The notes under the pieces: model-generated | Told to the model about the DNA's origin: nothing | Databases searched by the model: none | Seen by the model: the letters and a program-made list of their open reading frames with translations, nothing else | Part shown: positions 1 to 10,334 of the stretch, one piece after another | Layout: each line of letters starts with the position of its first letter | Position numbering within the stretch: position 1 is the first letter of the stretch | Source of the DNA: Myxococcales bacterium | GTDB taxonomy: Bacteria > Myxococcota_A > Bradymonadia > UBA7976 > UBA1532 | NCBI GenBank assembly: GCA_020633435.1 | Contig: JACKDP010000001.1 | Coordinates: forward strand, 517,359-581,358 | DNA: 64,000 bases | Direction of reading: 5' to 3' | Program-made: the position numbers and the translations under genes

Positions 1-619
1 TGGGGATGCAGAAGCTGCCGCACGGCGAGCGCAGCGCGTGGCTGTACAGGCCGGTGCGCTCCCCGCGGATGTCGAAGGTGCGCACCTCGGTGAAGCCCAG
101 GACGTCCTGGTAGAAGCTCGACCACCGCGCCAGCGTGCCCTGGTAGACGTTGTTGGTCAGGTGGTCGACCGCCAGGAAGCCCGCGTCGGGCACCACCAGG
201 GGCGCCGGGTGCGCCGCCAGCTCGCCCCAGAAGCGCTCCGGCGTGACGAAGTACACGAGGCTGTCGCCCACGCCGAGGATGGCCGGCACGTCGTACGGCA
301 CCCCCGGACCCGCCCACGGCCGGGCCCCGCGCGCCACGGCCGCCTGGAAGGCCGCCTGCGGATCCTCGACCCAGAGGCCGAGCCCGCAGACCGACGCCCC
401 GTGCGCCGCGCCGAAGTCGGCGGCGAAGCCCCGCGGCTGCGCGTTCACCAGGAACCGGATGTCATGCTGCCGAAAGACCTCGACGGCGGCGCTGCGGTGC
501 TGGTGCGTGCGCGAGAAGCCGAACGCGGCGAAGAGCTCGCCCAGGCCCGCGGCGTCCAGCGCCCCGCCCGGGGCCCACTCAACGAACGCGATCCCCTTGA
601 TCCCACACGGGTTTTCCAT
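1..619 (-). CDS. hppD: 4-hydroxyphenylpyruvate dioxygenase, N-terminal part only (3' end runs off the window start)
   Basis: Minus-strand ATG at 619-617 reads MENPCGIKGIAFVEWAPGG..., matching HPPD N-termini as I recall them; the ATG overlaps the hmgA stop (TGATG). Confidence 0.7.
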   Translation of the reverse strand, partial: MENPCGIKGIAFVEWAPGGALDAAGLGELFAAFGFSRTHQHRSAAVEVFRQHDIRFLVNAQPRGFAADFGAAHGASVCGLGLWVEDPQAAFQAAVARGARPWAGPGVPYDVPAILGVGDSLVYFVTPERFWGELAAHPAPLVVPDAGFLAVDHLTNNVYQGTLARWSSFYQDVLGFTEVRTFDIRGERTGLYSHALRSPCGSFCIP

Positions 620-1731
620 CAGAGCGCCCCCTTCTCCATCCAGCTCTTCCAGTAGGTCGGATCACAGACCGCGCGGCCGGCGGTCGTCAGCTCAAGCGGC
701 TCGCGGGTGTCCACCATCACGGCCTTCTCGCTCGTCCGCTGCTTGTCGCGCGCGGCGGCGACGGCCCCGGGCTGCGGGCCGTGGTGGATGCCCTGCGGGT
801 GGAACGTCACCAGCCCCGGGCGGATGCCGGCCCGGCTGAAGAAGTCCCCGTCGTGGTAGAACAGCACCTCGTCGTAGTCGATGTTGGCGTGGAAGAACGG
901 CACCTTGAGGGCGCCCGGATCCCCCGTCTCCAGCGGCCGCGGCAGGAACGTGCAGATGACCGCGCCCGGCATCGTGAAGGTGCAGTGCGCCGTCGGCGGC
1001 AGGTGGTAGCGCTCGCTGCTCACCGGCCGGATGTCGTCGATGTTCAGCCGCCAGACCGACAGATCCCCCTTCCAGCCCACCGTCGTGATGGGGTGGTGGG
1101 GGTACTCGACGCGGGTCAGCCGGCCGCCGCGCTTGATCCAGAGGTTCCAGCGGGTGCGCCCGGGCTCCTCGGCCATGGGCCCCGGCGCGGGCACCTCGAT
1201 GACGTCGGGATCGAAGAGGGCGTGGCGGCCCAGCAGCCCACGGTCGGGCAGGCCCACCGGGCCCCGGCTCTCCACCGTGAACAGGTCGGTCACCTCCACC
1301 GGGCGCACGCGATAGACGGTGCCCCGCGGGATGACCAGGTAGTCGCCGCGGCGGTACGTGATGGGCCCGAAGTCGGTCTCCAGCGTGCCGGCGCCCTGGT
1401 GCACGAAGAGCACGTCGTCGCCATCGGCGTTGCGCACGCAGTCGGCCATCGGGGCCGCGATGCGCGCGTAGCCCAGGCTCACGCTGCTGTTCTGCAGGAA
1501 CTCCACCCGCCCGAGGGGGCCGTGCTCGGCGCGCTCCGGCAGGGTGTCCACCGCCAGGCACTCCGGCCGGCAGTCGCCCTCGATGGCCGTCCACCCCAGG
1601 GGGGATCGGCTGCGGTACAGGTGGCTCACGCGGCCGAAGAAGCCCTCCCGGCCGAACTCCTCCTCCACCGTCCCCTCGGGCAGATCCACATGGGCCTGCC
1701 GCGTCACGCGCCCGCGCTGCTGGTACATCAC
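619..1731 (-). CDS. hmgA: homogentisate 1,2-dioxygenase
   Basis: 370-aa ORF with HGD-like motifs (FHANIDYDEVLFYH, HPQGIHHGP); coupled to hppD downstream. Confidence 0.75.
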   Translation of the reverse strand: MMYQQRGRVTRQAHVDLPEGTVEEEFGREGFFGRVSHLYRSRSPLGWTAIEGDCRPECLAVDTLPERAEHGPLGRVEFLQNSSVSLGYARIAAPMADCVRNADGDDVLFVHQGAGTLETDFGPITYRRGDYLVIPRGTVYRVRPVEVTDLFTVESRGPVGLPDRGLLGRHALFDPDVIEVPAPGPMAEEPGRTRWNLWIKRGGRLTRVEYPHHPITTVGWKGDLSVWRLNIDDIRPVSSERYHLPPTAHCTFTMPGAVICTFLPRPLETGDPGALKVPFFHANIDYDEVLFYHDGDFFSRAGIRPGLVTFHPQGIHHGPQPGAVAAARDKQRTSEKAVMVDTREPLELTTAGRAVCDPTYWKSWMEKGAL

Positions 1732-1832
1732 GCCTCCTCCGGTCCACCCGCCTGGGCCCAGGTTCGCGCTGGCACACCATCGGCTGAAAGCATAAACTTC
1801 AGACGATCTTGAACAGAAAAACGGATGACTAC

Positions 1833-2726
1833 ATGGCCCTGACCCTCGACGCCCTGGAGGTCCTCGACGCCGTCGATCGAGCCGGCAGTTTCGGGAGCGC
1901 CGCCCGTGCCCTGCACCGCGCCCAGTCGGCCGTCTCCTACGCCATCCGCCAGCTCGAGGAGGCCCTGGGCGTCGCGCTCTTCGACCGCTCGGGGCACCGC
2001 GCCGTCCTCACGCCGGCGGGCCGGGCCACCCTCGACGAGGCCCGCGGCGTCCTGGCCCGCGTCCGCCGCCTGGAGCACCTGGCCCTCCGGTTTCAGGGGG
2101 GCTACGAGCCGCACCTGGCCGTGATCATCGACGGCATCCTGCCCATGGGCCCCATCATGGAGGTCCTGCGGCGGCTGGCGGACGAGCGGGTGCCGACCCG
2201 CATCCAGCTCAAGGTGGAGTTCCTCGGCGGCGTCCAGGACCGGTTCGAGGCGGACGCCGCCGACCTGATGCTCGTCAAGGACTACACCCGCGATCCCCGG
2301 CTGGTGGCGCGCCCCCTGCCCAGCGTGGCCTGCGCCCTCGTCGCCGCCGCCGACCACCCCCTCGCCGGCCGCCGCGACCTGGAGTTGCTCGACCTGCACG
2401 AGCACGTCGAGCTGACGGTGCACGACTCCAGCACCTCGCGCCGCCTCGTCGACCAGCGCCTGTTCGGCGGCCCGCGCGTCTTCTACCTGAGCGACTTCAA
2501 CACCAAGCGCGAGGCCCTGCGCCGCGGCCTCGGCTACGGCTGGATGCCCGGCTACCTCATCGACGACGATCTGGCGCGCGGCGCCCTCGTCGTCCTCGAC
2601 TACCGCCCGGGGGCGCGCTTCACGTTCACGCCGGCGCTGGTGCACCCCGTCGACCGCCCGCTCGGCCGCACGGGCCTGCGGTTCTTCGAGCTGCTCACGG
2701 CGCCAGGGCCAGCAGCCGCGCCGTGA
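1833..2726 (+). CDS. LysR-family transcriptional regulator
   Basis: N-terminal HTH (LDALEVLDAVDRAGSFGSAARALHRAQSAVSYAIRQLE) plus LysR substrate-binding-like C-terminus; divergent from hmgA. Start could be TTG 1809 or ATG 1833. Confidence 0.8.
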   Translation: MALTLDALEVLDAVDRAGSFGSAARALHRAQSAVSYAIRQLEEALGVALFDRSGHRAVLTPAGRATLDEARGVLARVRRLEHLALRFQGGYEPHLAVIIDGILPMGPIMEVLRRLADERVPTRIQLKVEFLGGVQDRFEADAADLMLVKDYTRDPRLVARPLPSVACALVAAADHPLAGRRDLELLDLHEHVELTVHDSSTSRRLVDQRLFGGPRVFYLSDFNTKREALRRGLGYGWMPGYLIDDDLARGALVVLDYRPGARFTFTPALVHPVDRPLGRTGLRFFELLTAPGPAAAP

Positions 2727-3741
2727 CGCGGTCGGCCAGGCCGGGCCGGCCGCAGCGCGCTCGCAGCGCCGCGACGTCCGCCGTCGGCGGCGCGTCGAGC
2801 AAGCCCGCCGCCGCCGCCGCCACCGCCGCGGCCGTGCAGCCCGCCTGGACGCACTCCGGGAAGGCGCCGCGCCCCAGCACCAGGTTCGGAAGGCCGACCC
2901 ACGGCACCCGCACGAGCCGCCGCGCCACCGCCGCCGAGGCCGGGTGCAGCGCCGCCAGCGTCACCGGCGGCCGGCCGGCCAGCGCGGCCTCCAGTGTCGC
3001 CGTCCCCGCCCCCGCGAGCGCGATCCGGGACGCCGCCAGCGCCGCCGGGGCCGAGGCGGCGAGGTGCACGGGCAGCCCGCTCGCCGCCACCGCCCGCTGG
3101 ATCCACCCCCGATCCACCGTCGACGCGATGGCCAGGTGGGCCTCCAGGTCGGGCCGCCCCCGACGCAGCCGCGCGAGGGCCGCCAGCATCACGGGCAGCA
3201 GGCGGCGCACCGCCGCGTCCCGGCTGCCCGGCAGCAGCGCGACGCCCGCCCCCAGGCCCGGCGCGGGGGCCTCGGCCAGCGGGTGACCCACCCACTCCGC
3301 GCTCACGCCCCTTGACCGAAACCACTCGACTTCAAAGGGAAAAAGGCAGCCCACCCAGGCCGCCCGCGCCACGTCCCGCGCCCGCCACGGGCGCCAGGCC
3401 CAGGCCTGCGGAGGGGCCAGCCAGGCCACGGGCACGGGGGCCTGGGCCAGCAGCCGGCGGTTCAGCTCCGGGAAGTCCACGAGGAGGGCGGCGTCCACGC
3501 CGGCCAGCGCGGCGCGCAGGCGACGCCAGACCCCCAGGAAGGCCGGCGCCGTGCCCACGGCCTCCACCAGCCCGTGCGCCGCGAGCTCGCGGGCGTGACC
3601 CAGCAGCCCGAGGCCCGCCGCCGCCGAGGCGTCGCCCCCGACGCCCACGACGTCGTGGCCAGCGGCGACGAGCCGGGCGACCACCGGGGCCAGCAGGGCG
3701 TCGCCGGAGGCCTCCCCCGCCACCACCAGGAAGCGGGCCAC
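2695..3741 (-). CDS. lpxB: lipid-A-disaccharide synthase
   Basis: In-frame part of ORF 2695..4122 from GTG at 3741: VARFLVVAGEASGD...LPGSRDAAV, LpxB-like. Confidence 0.7.
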   Translation of the reverse strand: MARFLVVAGEASGDALLAPVVARLVAAGHDVVGVGGDASAAAGLGLLGHARELAAHGLVEAVGTAPAFLGVWRRLRAALAGVDAALLVDFPELNRRLLAQAPVPVAWLAPPQAWAWRPWRARDVARAAWVGCLFPFEVEWFRSRGVSAEWVGHPLAEAPAPGLGAGVALLPGSRDAAVRRLLPVMLAALARLRRGRPDLEAHLAIASTVDRGWIQRAVAASGLPVHLAASAPAALAASRIALAGAGTATLEAALAGRPPVTLAALHPASAAVARRLVRVPWVGLPNLVLGRGAFPECVQAGCTAAAVAAAAAGLLDAPPTADVAALRARCGRPGLADRVTARLLALAP

Positions 3742-3742
3742 C

Positions 3743-4537
3743 TCAGGCCGCGCGCCGGCGCGCCCGGGCGGCGATGGCCTCGACGAGGGCCAGGGTCGCC
3801 ACGGCGTCGCGCCCGTCGGCCAGCGGGCCGGCGTCGTCGCCGCGGACCGCCCGGCAGAAGGCCGAGAGCTCCAGCGCCAGGGGATCCCCGCCCCCCGCGA
3901 GATCGAGGTGGCAGCCCGCCCCGCGCAGGCGGCGTCGCACCCCGGCGTGCTCCTCGGCCGCCCAGAGCCGCGCCTCGCCGCCGGGGCCGCGCAGGTGCAC
4001 GCCCACGAAGCCCGGGCCCTGGCGCGCGGCCGCCACCTCCAGCCCGGGCCCCAGGAGGTGCCGCGCCAGATCCAGATCGTGGACGAGCCAGTCCAGCGCC
4101 AGGGGGCCCGCCGCCCGCACACCGACGCGCCGGGCCACGACGACGCGGCCGCCGCGCCAGCCCGCCAGCGCCGGGTTGAAGCGCTCCAGGTAGCCGACGT
4201 GCAGGCGCAGGCCGCCGGCGTCGGCCAGGGCCACCAGGCGCGCCCCTTCCGCCGCCGAGAGCGCCAGGGGCTTCTCGGCGAGGACGTGCACCCCGCGCTG
4301 CAGCAGGCTCGCGGTCACCTCGGCGAGGGCCGGCAGCGGCACCACCACCGACGCGGCCTCCACCGCCGGCAGGCGGTCGAGGCCCGGCAGCGCGACGGCC
4401 CCCACGCCCTCGGCCACCCGCTGGGCCCGGGGCAGGTCGGGATCGACGACCGCGGCCACGCGCACGCCCGGCAGCGCCCCCAGCCGCGCCGCGTGCAGCG
4501 CCCCGAAGCGCCCCGCCCCCACCACCGCTACCTGCAT
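3743..4537 (-). CDS. Gfo/Idh/MocA-family NAD(P)-dependent oxidoreductase
   Basis: Rossmann motif MQVAVVGAGRFG; GAGGAG RBS before ATG at 4537; stop 1 nt before lpxB start. Confidence 0.65.
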   Translation of the reverse strand: MQVAVVGAGRFGALHAARLGALPGVRVAAVVDPDLPRAQRVAEGVGAVALPGLDRLPAVEAASVVVPLPALAEVTASLLQRGVHVLAEKPLALSAAEGARLVALADAGGLRLHVGYLERFNPALAGWRGGRVVVARRVGVRAAGPLALDWLVHDLDLARHLLGPGLEVAAARQGPGFVGVHLRGPGGEARLWAAEEHAGVRRRLRGAGCHLDLAGGGDPLALELSAFCRAVRGDDAGPLADGRDAVATLALVEAIAARARRRAA

Positions 4538-4744
4538 CGGGCTCCTCATGGCGGGGATGCATACGGCGCGCGGGCCGGCGGGTCAACGCCCGCTGGCACC
4601 CGAGCGACGCACCCGCGCCGCAGGTGCATAGCGGGCTTCGCACCCGCGCCGTCGCCAGACCGCATAACACCGTCATGACGCGCCGCGTCAGGGCTGGCAC
4701 ACGGCTTGCTCAATGGCGGCCCGCCGATTTCGCAGGAGGTCCCC

Positions 4745-5779
4745 ATGGCTCGCTCGCAGGCTCGCACCCAGGACGCCGATCGCTCGCCCGCCCGCGCGGC
4801 GCGTACCGCCGTCATCCTGAACAAGAACGCCAAGCGGGTCACCGAGCGCGTCCGCAAGCGCATCGTCGAGGTGGCACCCGACGCCGACGTCTTCTTCACC
4901 GAGACGCTCGAGCAGGCGAAGTTCGTGACGCGCCGCGTGGTGGACTCGGGCTACGGCACCGTCGTCACCGGCGGCGGCGACGGCACCGTCGTCAACACCA
5001 TCCAGGACGTGCTCGACCGCGTCGAGACGACCGGCCGGGAGCGGCCCCGCTTCGGCGTCCTGCGCCTCGGCACCGGCAACGCCGTCGCCGACTTCCTCGG
5101 CGCCCGCGACTACGCCGCCGACCTGCAGGACTTCGGCGCCGCCGCCACCCGCGACGTGCACCTGCTGAAGGTGGATGGCCACCAGCGCACGCCCTTCCTG
5201 GGCTTCGGCTGGGACGCCTACATCCTCAACAACTACATCCGCATGAAGGAGGCCGCCGAGCGGTTCGCCGTGACGCGCGCCCTCTTCAAGAGCGCCATGG
5301 GCTACGTCATCGCCGGCGTCGGCAAGTCGGTGCCCGAGCTGCTGGTGCGCCGCCCCCGCTGGCAGGTCCGCATCATCAACACCGGCGGCATCGGCTTCCG
5401 CCTGGACGCCGACGGCCAGGTCGTCGACCGCTTCGCGCCCGGCGCCGTGGTCTACGAGGGGGGCGCCCGCATGGTCTGCGCCGGCACGACCCCCTACTAC
5501 GGCTTCAAGTTCAAGATCATGCCCTTCGCCGATCGCACGCCGGGCATGTGCCACGTCCGCGTGGCGGATCTGCACCCCATCGCGGCCGTCAGCCGCCTGC
5601 CCTCGGCCTGGCGCGGCACCATGCGCCACCCGGGCATGCACGACTTCCAGCTCTCGTCCTTCCGCCTGGAGTTCGACGAGGAGGCCCCGTTCCAGATCGC
5701 CGGCGACGGCATGGGCACCCGCAGCGCCGTCGACGTGGCCGTCGACGCCCCCATCCGCTGCTGCCACTTCCCCGGCTGA
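4745..5779 (+). CDS. diacylglycerol-kinase catalytic-domain (YegS/LCB5-like) lipid kinase
   Basis: DAGK_cat-like motifs (VVTGGGDGTVVNTI, LRLGTGNAVADFLG); AGGAGG RBS before ATG 4745. Confidence 0.7.
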   Translation: MARSQARTQDADRSPARAARTAVILNKNAKRVTERVRKRIVEVAPDADVFFTETLEQAKFVTRRVVDSGYGTVVTGGGDGTVVNTIQDVLDRVETTGRERPRFGVLRLGTGNAVADFLGARDYAADLQDFGAAATRDVHLLKVDGHQRTPFLGFGWDAYILNNYIRMKEAAERFAVTRALFKSAMGYVIAGVGKSVPELLVRRPRWQVRIINTGGIGFRLDADGQVVDRFAPGAVVYEGGARMVCAGTTPYYGFKFKIMPFADRTPGMCHVRVADLHPIAAVSRLPSAWRGTMRHPGMHDFQLSSFRLEFDEEAPFQIAGDGMGTRSAVDVAVDAPIRCCHFPG

Positions 5780-5890
5780 GCCCCCCGGCGGCGCGCCCGC
5801 CACCCGCCTCGTGCACGTCTTCGCATCTTGCCCGTTGTTTGCAGCGGTCCGGCGGTGATAGACAGGCCCGCCACGCGTCCTGGAGGAACC

Positions 5891-6415
5891 ATGCGCCTCT
5901 ACGCCAGCCGCGTCCCGATGATCGCGCAGGAGGTGGTCCGCCACCTCGTCGACAAGCAGCTCATCGACGTGGCTCCGGAGAACATCAACGAAGTCGAGCT
6001 GGACGCCGAGTCGGTGCTCAAGGAGTACCTGCGCGCCGAGCGCCAGCTCACGGAGCAGGCCAAGGACCTGGCGCACGAGCGCGGCCTGGACTACTCGGCC
6101 CACCAGAAGATCAAGCGGCAGCTCGCCGAGCGGGCGAAGTTCGGGCTCTACGAGGACGCGGTCGGCTACATCGCCAACCAGCTCATCGAGACGTTCCTGC
6201 ACACCCGCCACGTCGACGAGATCTTCGCCGCCGACAACGAGCTGCGCAGCGCCATCGCGCCCCTCATCCGGCGCCAGATGAGCTCCGGCGACGAGCTGGA
6301 CGCCGAGGTCCGCAAGCGCATCAAGAACCTGCAGGAAGGCACCCAGGACTGGGAGATCCGCTACCAGCAGACGCTGGAGCGCCTCAAGGTCGCTCGGGGC
6401 CTCACCGACGAGTAG
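5891..6415 (+). CDS. conserved hypothetical protein (DUF507-like)
   Basis: ORF 5828..6415; GGAGGA RBS before internal ATG 5891; charged helical protein. Confidence 0.6.
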   Translation: MRLYASRVPMIAQEVVRHLVDKQLIDVAPENINEVELDAESVLKEYLRAERQLTEQAKDLAHERGLDYSAHQKIKRQLAERAKFGLYEDAVGYIANQLIETFLHTRHVDEIFAADNELRSAIAPLIRRQMSSGDELDAEVRKRIKNLQEGTQDWEIRYQQTLERLKVARGLTDE

Positions 6416-6418
6416 GCG

Positions 6419-7138
6419 CTACGCCTCCGCCGCGTCGGCGTCCTCCGCCAGCAGACGCTCCAGGGCCTGCTCGGCGGCCGCGCGCTGCGCGCGCTTCTTG
6501 GACGTCCCCGTCCCTCGGCCGTACTCGACGCCGGCCAGCGTGACCACCACGTCGAACTCCCGCGCGTGATCGGGGCCGCGCACGTCGGCCTGCGTGTAGA
6601 CCGGCGCCACGCCGCGCTGCCGCTGGGCGGCCTCCTGCAGGCGCGTCTTGTAGTCGCGGTAGCCCTCCTGGGGCGTCGTCAGCCGGATGCGCTCCCCGAA
6701 GTGCCCGACGACGAAGGCGCTCGCGGCCTCCAGCCCGCCGCTGAGGAAGAGGGCCGCCACCACGGCCTCGTAGGCGTCGGAGAGCACGGACGCCTTGTCC
6801 CGGCCCTCCGTCCGCTCCTCCCCCTTGCCCAGCCACATCAGGTCGCCCAGGCCCATGGCCCGGGCCTGATCGGCCAGGCTCGTCTCGTTGACGATGGCCG
6901 CGCGCAGGCGCGAGAGGCTGCCCTCGGACAGCCGCGGGTGCGCCCGGAAGAGCCCGTCGCCCACGATGACCCCGAGCACCGCGTCCCCCAGGAACTCCAG
7001 GCGCTCGTTGTGCCGCGTCCCCGGCCCCGCCTCGTTGGCGTAGGACGAGTGCGTCAGCGCCTCGCGCAGCAGATCCAGGTGCGCCTCCATGGCGATCTCG
7101 CGGGCGAAGCGCCGCAGGGACGCCTCGCGGCGGTTCAT
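6419..7138 (-). CDS. rnc: ribonuclease III
   Basis: RNase III signature ERLEFLGDAVLG and C-terminal dsRBD-like region; start chosen at second Met by comparison with E. coli Rnc. Confidence 0.85.
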   Translation of the reverse strand: MNRREASLRRFAREIAMEAHLDLLREALTHSSYANEAGPGTRHNERLEFLGDAVLGVIVGDGLFRAHPRLSEGSLSRLRAAIVNETSLADQARAMGLGDLMWLGKGEERTEGRDKASVLSDAYEAVVAALFLSGGLEAASAFVVGHFGERIRLTTPQEGYRDYKTRLQEAAQRQRGVAPVYTQADVRGPDHAREFDVVVTLAGVEYGRGTGTSKKRAQRAAAEQALERLLAEDADAAEA

Positions 7139-7148
7139 CAGCGCGTCG

Positions 7149-8255
7149 TCACCCAGCATGTCGGCCCTCCTCGGCGGCGAGCGCCCGGGTGATGACGCCG
7201 CCCCCCAGGACGCGCGTGCCGTCGTAGAGCACCAGCGACTGGCCCGGGGCCACCGCGCGCTCAGGCGCCGCGAACCGCACCCGCAGGGCGTCGGGCCCCA
7301 CCACCTCGACGTGGGCGTCGGCCCCGGGGTGGCGATAGCGGATGCGGGCCCGCGCGCCGAAGCGCATGGCGGGCGGCGCCCCCGCGATCCAGCGCAGCTG
7401 CGTGGCCTCCAGCCCCTCGGCCGCCAGCCGATCCGCCTGCCCCACCACGATGGTCCGCGTCGGGCCGTCCACCGACAGCACGTACAGGCGCTCCCCGGCG
7501 GCCACGCCCAGGCCCTTGCGCTGGCCCACGGTGAAGCGGTGCACCCCGCCGTGCTCCCCGAGCGTCGTGCCCGCCTCGTCCACGATGGGCCCCGGCCCCG
7601 GCAGCCGATCCGCGCCGGCGATGCGCTCCACCACCGGCACGTAGTCCCCCTCGGGCACGAAGCAGATGTCCTCGCTGTCCGCCTTGTCCCACGTCGGCAG
7701 CCCGAGCTGGCGAGCGCGCTCGCGCACCTCGGACTTGCTCAGGCCCCCGAGCGGGAACCGCGTCATGGCCAGCGCCGCGCCGGGGATGCCGAAGAGGAAG
7801 TACGACTGGTCCTTGTCGGCGTCGACGGCCTGGTGCAGCGCGTAGCCGTTTGGCCCCTCGAGCACCTGGGCGTAGTGCCCCGTCACCAGCCAGTCGGCCC
7901 CCAGGCCCCGGGCGCGCTCCAGCAGCGGCGCGAACTTCACGTGGTCGTTGCAGCGCACGCAGGGGTTGGGCGTGCGCCCCGCCAGGTAGTCCGCCGCGAA
8001 GGGCTCGATGACCTGCTGGCGGAAGACGTCGCGGTAGTCGACGACGTAGTGCGGGATGCCCAGGGTGTCGCAGACGTGGCGGGCGTCCATCAGGTCGTCC
8101 GGGGAACAGCACGAGCCCCCGCGGCGCTCCAGCTCGGCCGGCGAGGCGTCGCGCAGCTTCATCGTCAGGCCCACGACCTCGTGGCCCGCCTCCACCATCA
8201 GGGCCGCCGCGACGGAGGAGTCCACCCCGCCGCTCATGGCCACCATCACCCGCAT
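7149..8255 (-). CDS. mnmA: tRNA-specific 2-thiouridylase MnmA
   Basis: PP-loop [11 protein letters not shown], conserved Cys motifs; GGGAGG RBS upstream. Confidence 0.9.
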   Translation of the reverse strand: MRVMVAMSGGVDSSVAAALMVEAGHEVVGLTMKLRDASPAELERRGGSCCSPDDLMDARHVCDTLGIPHYVVDYRDVFRQQVIEPFAADYLAGRTPNPCVRCNDHVKFAPLLERARGLGADWLVTGHYAQVLEGPNGYALHQAVDADKDQSYFLFGIPGAALAMTRFPLGGLSKSEVRERARQLGLPTWDKADSEDICFVPEGDYVPVVERIAGADRLPGPGPIVDEAGTTLGEHGGVHRFTVGQRKGLGVAAGERLYVLSVDGPTRTIVVGQADRLAAEGLEATQLRWIAGAPPAMRFGARARIRYRHPGADAHVEVVGPDALRVRFAAPERAVAPGQSLVLYDGTRVLGGGVITRALAAEEGRHAG

Positions 8256-8268
8256 GATCGCACCTCCC

Positions 8269-9381
8269 TCAGCACGGGCCGGCCTGCCGGACGCGCGCCA
8301 CGAGCCGCGGCAGGACGGCGAGCAGCGCGTCCACCTCGGCCGCCGTGTTCTCCGGGCCCAGCGAGGCCCGCAGGCCCTGGCCCGCCGCCGCCGCGGGCAG
8401 CCCCAGCGCCGTCAGCACCGGCGAGGGCTCCACCGCCCCGGCCGCGCAGGCCGAGCCCGACGACAGGCAGAACCCCTCCAGATCCAGCGCCGCGAGGAGC
8501 ACGTCCCCGGGCACCCCATCGAACCGCCAGGCCACCGTGTTGGGCAGCCGAACCTCTTGATCTCCATGGAAGATCACCCCGGGCAGGGCCGAGAGCCCGG
8601 CCCGCAGGCGATCCCGCAGGGCCGCCACGGCGGGCATCCCTGCCAGCCGCGCCGGCACCGCCTCGGCCGCCGCGCCGAAGCCCACGAGGGCCAGCGTCGG
8701 CTCCGTCCCCCCCCGCCGCCCGCGCTCCTGGGGGCCGCCCGCGATCACCGGCCGCAGCCGGCGCCCCGGCGCGATCCACAGCGCGCCCGCGCCAGCGGGC
8801 CCGCCGATCTTGTGGGACGACACCGCCGCCACCGCCGCCCCCAGGGCGGGCAGGCGCAGCGGCACCCGCCCGAACGCCTGCACGGCGTCGCAGAGCAGGG
8901 GCGCGCCGACCCGGGCCGCGATGTCCGCCACCGGGTACACATTGCCCAGCTCGTTCTGGGCCGCCATCACCGCGACGAGGGCCGTGTCGGGCCGCACCGC
9001 CGCCGCCACCGCCGCCGGATCGAGGCGCCCCGCGGCGTCCACCGGCACCCGCGTCACCTCGGCCCCGGCCACCGCGCAGGCCCCGAAGACCGCCGGGTGC
9101 TCCACCGCCGAGGCGACGACGTGCCCGCCCGGCGGCACCAGCCCGCCGATGGCCAGGTGCAGCGCCTCCGTCGCCCCGCTCGTGAACACCAGCTCGCCGG
9201 GCGCCACCCCGAGCGCGCCCGCGACCTGACGCCGCGCCGCCTCGAGGGCCGCCCGCGCGCGGCGGCCAGCCTGGTGCACGCTCGAGGGGTTCCCCGGCGG
9301 CCCGGCCAGCCAGGCCGCGCAGGCCCGCGCGGCCGCGGGGGCCAGCGGGGCGGTGGCGTTGTGATCGAGGTAGATCGCCAT
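8269..9381 (-). CDS. cysteine desulfurase (NifS/IscS family, class V aminotransferase)
   Basis: N-terminal [12 protein letters not shown]-Lys region SSHKIGGP, active-site SSGSAC; directly upstream of mnmA. Confidence 0.85.
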   Translation of the reverse strand: MAIYLDHNATAPLAPAAARACAAWLAGPPGNPSSVHQAGRRARAALEAARRQVAGALGVAPGELVFTSGATEALHLAIGGLVPPGGHVVASAVEHPAVFGACAVAGAEVTRVPVDAAGRLDPAAVAAAVRPDTALVAVMAAQNELGNVYPVADIAARVGAPLLCDAVQAFGRVPLRLPALGAAVAAVSSHKIGGPAGAGALWIAPGRRLRPVIAGGPQERGRRGGTEPTLALVGFGAAAEAVPARLAGMPAVAALRDRLRAGLSALPGVIFHGDQEVRLPNTVAWRFDGVPGDVLLAALDLEGFCLSSGSACAAGAVEPSPVLTALGLPAAAAGQGLRASLGPENTAAEVDALLAVLPRLVARVRQAGPC

Positions 9382-9458
9382 GAAGGCGGGAAGCTACCGG
9401 ATGGCGGGGGGGAAGTCACGCCGCGACGCCCCGGGGGGCGTCGGCGAGAGCGCGCCGA

Positions 9459-10175
9459 TCAGTCGGGCTCGCAGGCGTTGAAGTCGGTGTCGCAGGAGAA
9501 GTCGGCGCCGCAGTCGGCGTCGGCGCGGCAGCCGAGCTGGCAGAAGCCGCCGGAGCAGATCTGGTGCAGCACGCCCGGGGTCTGGTCGCAGTCGCTGTCG
9601 TCGCCGCACTGGCCGTTGTTGCCGCCGCCACCCGCGCCGCCACCGCCGCCGCCGGTGATGCAGGCGCTGGCCTGGGCGCAGTCGGCGCCCGCGGTGCGGA
9701 CGCACGACGCGACGGGGCCGGTGGCCGGGTCGTTCTCGGTCTCGCAGGCGGTCTGGAGGGCGGCCTGCTGGTTGGCCGGGATCACGCCGCACTCGGCGGC
9801 CCGCTGGGCGATGAGGGCGCAGTCGCCGCCACCGCCGCCGCCGCCCGCGCCGGCGTCGGCGACGGACTGGGACTGGCAGCGGGCGCACACGCCCACGGCC
9901 TCGCCGCTGGCCTTGTCGCAGAACTCGTTGGCCGCGCAGTTCTGATCGCTGGTGCAGCCGGGCTCGCAGTTCAGATCGTCGACGCAGTACTGGCCGGCCT
10001 GGCACATGAGGAGCCCGCCGGAGCAGGGGGTGATGCCGTCGCGGCCCTGGAGGCCACAGCCGTTGCCGCCGCCGCCGCCGCCACCCGCGCCGCCGCCGTC
10101 ACCACCACCGCTGTCACAGGCGACCATGCCCACCGAGAGCAGCGCGCCCGCCGCCAGGATCTTCAACAAGTTCAT
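9459..10175 (-). CDS. Gly- and Cys-rich secreted lipoprotein
   Basis: Signal peptide MNLLKILAAGALLSVGMVAC, poly-Gly tracts and many Cys; start at internal ATG of ORF 9459..10247. Confidence 0.55.
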   Translation of the reverse strand: MNLLKILAAGALLSVGMVACDSGGGDGGGAGGGGGGGNGCGLQGRDGITPCSGGLLMCQAGQYCVDDLNCEPGCTSDQNCAANEFCDKASGEAVGVCARCQSQSVADAGAGGGGGGGDCALIAQRAAECGVIPANQQAALQTACETENDPATGPVASCVRTAGADCAQASACITGGGGGGAGGGGNNGQCGDDSDCDQTPGVLHQICSGGFCQLGCRADADCGADFSCDTDFNACEPD

Positions 10176-10334
10176 GGTTCTCTCCGACCATCGAGGCCCC
10201 GGGGGGGCGTGTGGCCGCGGAACATAGTGGAAGATGCCCGCCGTCACAAGGGAATGTCGGTCTGAGTCCTACCCCGGCCGACGGCCCGGACAGGGGCTTT
10301 ACGCCACGCGAGCGAACGCGCAGGATGCCGCCCC

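Noticed and set aside
1782-1800. Sigma-54 promoter-like TGGCAC-N..-GC upstream of the LysR gene
   Set aside because: GG-N10-GC spacing fits but the -12 element is far from TTGCW; too weak to call.
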